From: a virus
Taxonomy: Duplodnaviria; Caudoviricetes
Length of the DNA: 28,920 bases
IMG/VR virus record: IMGVR_UViG_3300030330_002493
Location: 1 to 28,920 of that record
Direction: 5' to 3' (one strand)
Part shown: positions 25,610 through 28,920 of the stretch, in pieces
Position numbering within the stretch: position 1 is the stretch's first letter
How the letters are laid out: each line of letters begins with the position of its first letter
Made by a program: the position numbers and the translations under genes
The notes under the pieces: generated by a model
The model's database searches: none
What the model saw: the letters and a program-made list of their open reading frames with translations, nothing else
What the model was told of the DNA's origin: nothing

Positions 25610-26106
25610 GAGCATTTTGTCCACCTAAGAATACTCCTGATAAGGATATTGTAATGACGCCAGAGTATCTGGCGAAAGAGATTATTGAACATTTCAATCC
25701 TACTGGGAGGATTCTTGATCCTTGTCGTGGTACAGGTGCTTTCTATGACAACTTCAACACTAATGATAAAGATTGGTGTGAACTTGCAGAGGATAAAGAT
25801 TTTCTAGAATATAATGAAAAAGTTGATTGGATTATCACTAATCCACCATGGAGTAAGATGCAAAAATTTCTTGCACATGGTATGCAGATTGCTGATAACA
25901 TTGTGTATCTTACCACTATCAATCACTATACAACAAAGCGTAGGATTCGTGATATGCGTGAGGCAGGATTTGCCTTGAAAGAAATATACAATGTGCCTAC
26001 ACCTAAGAATCCTTGGCCTCAATTAGGGTTCCAACTTGCTGCTGTTCATACTCAACGTGGATGGGAAGGTGACATCAAGTTTAGTTACTCTTCAGACTTG
26101 ACATAG
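25606..26106 (+). CDS. Minimal DNA N6-adenine methyltransferase
   Basis: MTPE..A, ILDPCRGTG (motif I), KDFL, DWIITNPPW (motif IV). Only 166 aa. Confidence 0.85.
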   Translation: MRAFCPPKNTPDKDIVMTPEYLAKEIIEHFNPTGRILDPCRGTGAFYDNFNTNDKDWCELAEDKDFLEYNEKVDWIITNPPWSKMQKFLAHGMQIADNIVYLTTINHYTTKRRIRDMREAGFALKEIYNVPTPKNPWPQLGFQLAAVHTQRGWEGDIKFSYSSDLT

Positions 26107-26125
26107 AATGTAACTGTGGTATAAT
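26098..26125 (+). promoter_or_regulatory. Sigma70-like promoter with extended -10
   Basis: TTGACA-16 nt-TATAAT, with TGn before the -10. Confidence 0.7.
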
Positions 26126-26197
26126 TATTAAGTTACTAAATAACACTGAGATTTGCTAAGTCAAATCTTATAACCCTATAATTTTGGAGATTCCAAG

Positions 26198-27361
26198 ATG
26201 GCAAAAAAATTGAAGTGGGGAACTTTCTCCACGGATGAGTTGTCTCTAGACAGAGATGACGACATTTTCATTGATTTTCCTTTCCTTGAATTTGTGGGAA
26301 TGGAAATGAACAAAGTAAACGAATTTAGTGTTGGTGATAACACAGTTCGTGGAACTAAAGATACAGTTTCTGAAAAGATTGTGGCACTATCTGGATCACT
26401 TCCTGGTGGATGGGATCGCACTTCTTGGCCTATACCTTTTCTTCCCGATAAAACAGCAACTGGTATTAAAAACAAAAAAGCTTTTGATCGTCGCCATACT
26501 CTAAAAGTTTGTCGAGTACTTCCTATAATTAAGGAAGTTCCCTCCGCAGAGTATAAAAGAGTTTTCCCATCTTTTGGTGGAACTATCAATTCTTTCAGTG
26601 ATCACTCAATCCTTACTATTGCGGCAATGTATGGAAACGTGCATGGTCCTACTAAAGAGGATACGAAAGAATACATGTACGAAATTGCTTGTGCAAGTAT
26701 TCTCAAAGATGAAAATGATCTGCATGATGAAGATCTTCTTACCAGAGATTTTGTAAAAAGACTTCTTACTTATATGGGTTGTTATGACAGATATAATAAC
26801 AACAATGCAGTTGTAGAAAGAATTGTAACTAAGATATTAGATTCTCTGAGAGATCCTGAAAAAATTTCTGGGAGAGTATCTCAAAATATCAATGCAGAGG
26901 ATCTTAACAAATTCTATGAAGAATCTGATGAGTGGCAACCACACAACACGGAGAACGACAAATATAAGTTCATAATGGTTCCCCTTCAAGATAATCCTAG
27001 TTTTTGTTTCACATATGCTGAAAGGATTCTTACAACAGTGTGTAAGAATGAGGCAGAAGCACCTAGAGTAACTGTTGAAGGAACTTTACCACCAAAAATT
27101 ACAAGAGTATTGCTTTGGAACGGAACTAATCCTGATCCCCAAAAAATTGTTGCATCACGCCAAAAGTTCAAAAAGCATCTTAATTCTTCCTGGCAAACAC
27201 GGAGAGATAATGTTCTGAATCCTATTGAGAGCATTTTGAATCCTACTATTGTTGATAGTTATCGGAAAAAACTTTCTGATTTGAATATGGAGATCTGGTG
27301 TATGAATCAACTTGATGATGAAGATGAACCATTTGAAATGTGTTTTGAAGATGAGGTGTGA
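26198..27361 (+). CDS. Hypothetical protein (387 aa)
   Basis: GGAG SD, long AT-rich ORF, no confidently recognised family. Confidence 0.75.
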   Translation: MAKKLKWGTFSTDELSLDRDDDIFIDFPFLEFVGMEMNKVNEFSVGDNTVRGTKDTVSEKIVALSGSLPGGWDRTSWPIPFLPDKTATGIKNKKAFDRRHTLKVCRVLPIIKEVPSAEYKRVFPSFGGTINSFSDHSILTIAAMYGNVHGPTKEDTKEYMYEIACASILKDENDLHDEDLLTRDFVKRLLTYMGCYDRYNNNNAVVERIVTKILDSLRDPEKISGRVSQNINAEDLNKFYEESDEWQPHNTENDKYKFIMVPLQDNPSFCFTYAERILTTVCKNEAEAPRVTVEGTLPPKITRVLLWNGTNPDPQKIVASRQKFKKHLNSSWQTRRDNVLNPIESILNPTIVDSYRKKLSDLNMEIWCMNQLDDEDEPFEMCFEDEV

Positions 27362-27422
27362 TGGTTGAACAACTGTCCTAGGGGGCGCTGAAACGCCCCT
27401 ATATGCCCCTATAATACGTTCA
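27362..27422 (+). promoter_or_regulatory. Early-type regulatory element, copy 4 (right direct repeat)
   Basis: GGTT-GAAC-AACTGTC, TAGGGG/CCCCTA hairpin, and TATAAT at 27410. 54 of 59 nt are identical to copy 3. Confidence 0.75.
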
Positions 27423-27436
27423 TTCGCAAGCAACCA

Positions 27437-27880
27437 ATGGGAACCACCTTCGCTGATTACTGCGCCACTCAAGATGCAAGAAACACCTTGCAACTTAATG
27501 TTCATAAGTGGTGTCTGATGCTCTGTGAGGCACTTGAAAACAACTTTCTTGAAGAGTCTATCAAGCGTCAGAAGTTTTTTGCTGCTAGTGGTGATAATCC
27601 TGAGTATCACAATGCTCGCATTGAAGCACTGAAAAAAGGTCAGGATCTTTATGAGTTCTCCATTGAAACTGGTCGTAAGTATTACAAGATTATGATGGAG
27701 ACTGAACAGCAGAGCAAAAGTGTTCATGCTTTTGTTGATAAGAAAACTGGTGAACTTTACAAAGCAGCATCATTCAAAGCACCTGCAAAAGGTGTTCGCT
27801 ATGATTTGCGTTTGATTAAAGATCGTGAGTTTGTATTCAAAAATTGCGATTGGGCAGGTGGTTATCTCTACAAAAACTGA
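27437..27880 (+). CDS. Conserved-type phage hypothetical protein
   Basis: GRKYYKI...SVHAFVDKKTGELYKAASFKAPAKGVRY...DWAGGYLY. Confidence 0.75.
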   Translation: MGTTFADYCATQDARNTLQLNVHKWCLMLCEALENNFLEESIKRQKFFAASGDNPEYHNARIEALKKGQDLYEFSIETGRKYYKIMMETEQQSKSVHAFVDKKTGELYKAASFKAPAKGVRYDLRLIKDREFVFKNCDWAGGYLYKN

Positions 27881-27890
27881 GGATTTAATT

Positions 27891-28067
27891 ATGAAACTTT
27901 CAAAGCGACAACTGAAGAAAGCGGCAATGTATTCACTTGCCGTAGGATTGTTTATTCCTGCTGTATCAGGAATCTTTTATCTGGTAGCACTCGCACCAGC
28001 ACCAATCGCATTTGGTGCTATACTTGGACTGATTACATTCCCTGGATTTGTGTATGCCTTCCGATGA
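27891..28067 (+). CDS. Small two-TM membrane protein
   Basis: GAGG SD, basic N-terminus, two hydrophobic stretches. Confidence 0.6.
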   Translation: MKLSKRQLKKAAMYSLAVGLFIPAVSGIFYLVALAPAPIAFGAILGLITFPGFVYAFR

Positions 28068-28249
28068 TTAAAAAACCCACAATCTATTTGGTTAGATTGA
28101 AACCAGAAGCAAAACTGACACCAAATCATTATGGTCATCGTTACTTTCATAGTAAGATGGAATTGAAAACATGGATGAAAGACAATGCTAATCTGGTTCA
28201 TGACATCTCCCTCGCTAATTGGGAACAAGTAGATGACTTCAACTCATAA
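28064..28249 (+). CDS. Hypothetical protein
   Basis: ATGA overlap with the upstream gene. Confidence 0.55.
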   Translation: MIKKPTIYLVRLKPEAKLTPNHYGHRYFHSKMELKTWMKDNANLVHDISLANWEQVDDFNS

Positions 28250-28294
28250 ACTTATTTTCGTAGGTTCATTCATCTGGTTTCTTCACTGGGGCAC

Positions 28295-28771
28295 ATGTCT
28301 AGCATCTATCATTCTGGATACGGTTATTCTAAACTCCTCTGTGAGGATGTTACCTCCTGGTTTCTGAATAGTTTCTTTCCACGACACAAGATCTCTGTAG
28401 ATGTTGTTCATCGTGGATTGAAAAGAGATCAGGTTGTGGGATATTGTGATGTCGTGGGTGAAACTTATCGCCCACGACACTTCTTGATAGAACTTCAGGT
28501 CGATATGCCCAAGGATCTTTATATTAAGACTCTTTTGCATGAACTGACCCACCTGGCGCAATGGGTTCGTGGTTCGCTGCGGTTCCGCAGTGGAAAATTG
28601 TGTTATTACACTGAACCAGCAGAAAATTGGGACTATGAAAACCAACCTCATGAAATTGAAGCACGGGAGGAGGAAGAAAGGTTATATGTAATGTACTTAA
28701 CTGATACTTTTGGTGTGCCAGAAGATGAACCGTCCACTGGATTCACCAATCGCCTCTGTTCTGCTGTATGA
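28295..28771 (+). CDS. Putative zinc metallopeptidase (HExxH)
   Basis: TLLHELTHLAQW followed by YENQPHEIEA (third ligand Glu). Confidence 0.7.
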   Translation: MSSIYHSGYGYSKLLCEDVTSWFLNSFFPRHKISVDVVHRGLKRDQVVGYCDVVGETYRPRHFLIELQVDMPKDLYIKTLLHELTHLAQWVRGSLRFRSGKLCYYTEPAENWDYENQPHEIEAREEEERLYVMYLTDTFGVPEDEPSTGFTNRLCSAV

Positions 28772-28772
28772 T
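28715..28772 (+). promoter_or_regulatory. Early-type regulatory element, degenerate copy 5
   Basis: GTGCCAGAA-GATG-AACCGTCCAC, with TATGAT at 28767 at the same 48-nt offset as copies 2-4. Confidence 0.5.
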
Positions 28773-28794
28773 TACAAAGTAATCGAAAGGGACC

Positions 28795-28920
28795 ATGATC
28801 ACCAACAAAGCACAAATGATTAAGGTGATGTCACAATGCGACGGTGCAGATACCCTGACTCGCGCTCAAAAATTTGAAGTGTTCTGCCGTGTCTGCGACA
28901 ATATGCTAAAGGAAGGCAGG
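28795..28920 (+). CDS. Hypothetical protein, 3'-truncated (not in the track)
   Basis: AAAGGGA SD; MITNKAQMIKVMSQCDGADTLTRAQKFEVFCRVCDNMLKEGR, open to the window end. Confidence 0.6.
   Translation, partial: MITNKAQMIKVMSQCDGADTLTRAQKFEVFCRVCDNMLKEGR

Overview
A segment of a T4-like marine cyanophage genome (cyanomyovirus type, inferred from CP12, NATAAATA late promoters and the style of the fibre genes). All credible genes are on the + strand. From 1 to 16.3 kb the window holds late structural genes: repeat-built tail fibres, a fibre chaperone, collagen and Gly-rich proteins, and a 1794-aa virion protein with an S74 chaperone. This part is interrupted at 4.6-6.7 kb by an island carrying a Phd/YefM-like ORF, tRNA-Ile(UAU), a 2OG-Fe(II) oxygenase, tRNA(CAU), tRNA-Leu(UAA) and an HNH endonuclease whose late promoter lies inside a hairpin. 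From 16.3 to 28.9 kb it is an early/middle accessory region with an SF2 helicase, two nuclease-like plus DNA-methyltransferase pairs, thioredoxin- and glutaredoxin-like genes, a dTDP-glucose dehydratase-like gene, CP12 and many small ORFs. This region is punctuated by five copies of a palindrome/hairpin/-10 regulatory element. Two of the copies form a 54/59-nt direct repeat that brackets one nuclease-MTase cassette. All calls come from reading motifs by eye; no searches were run.
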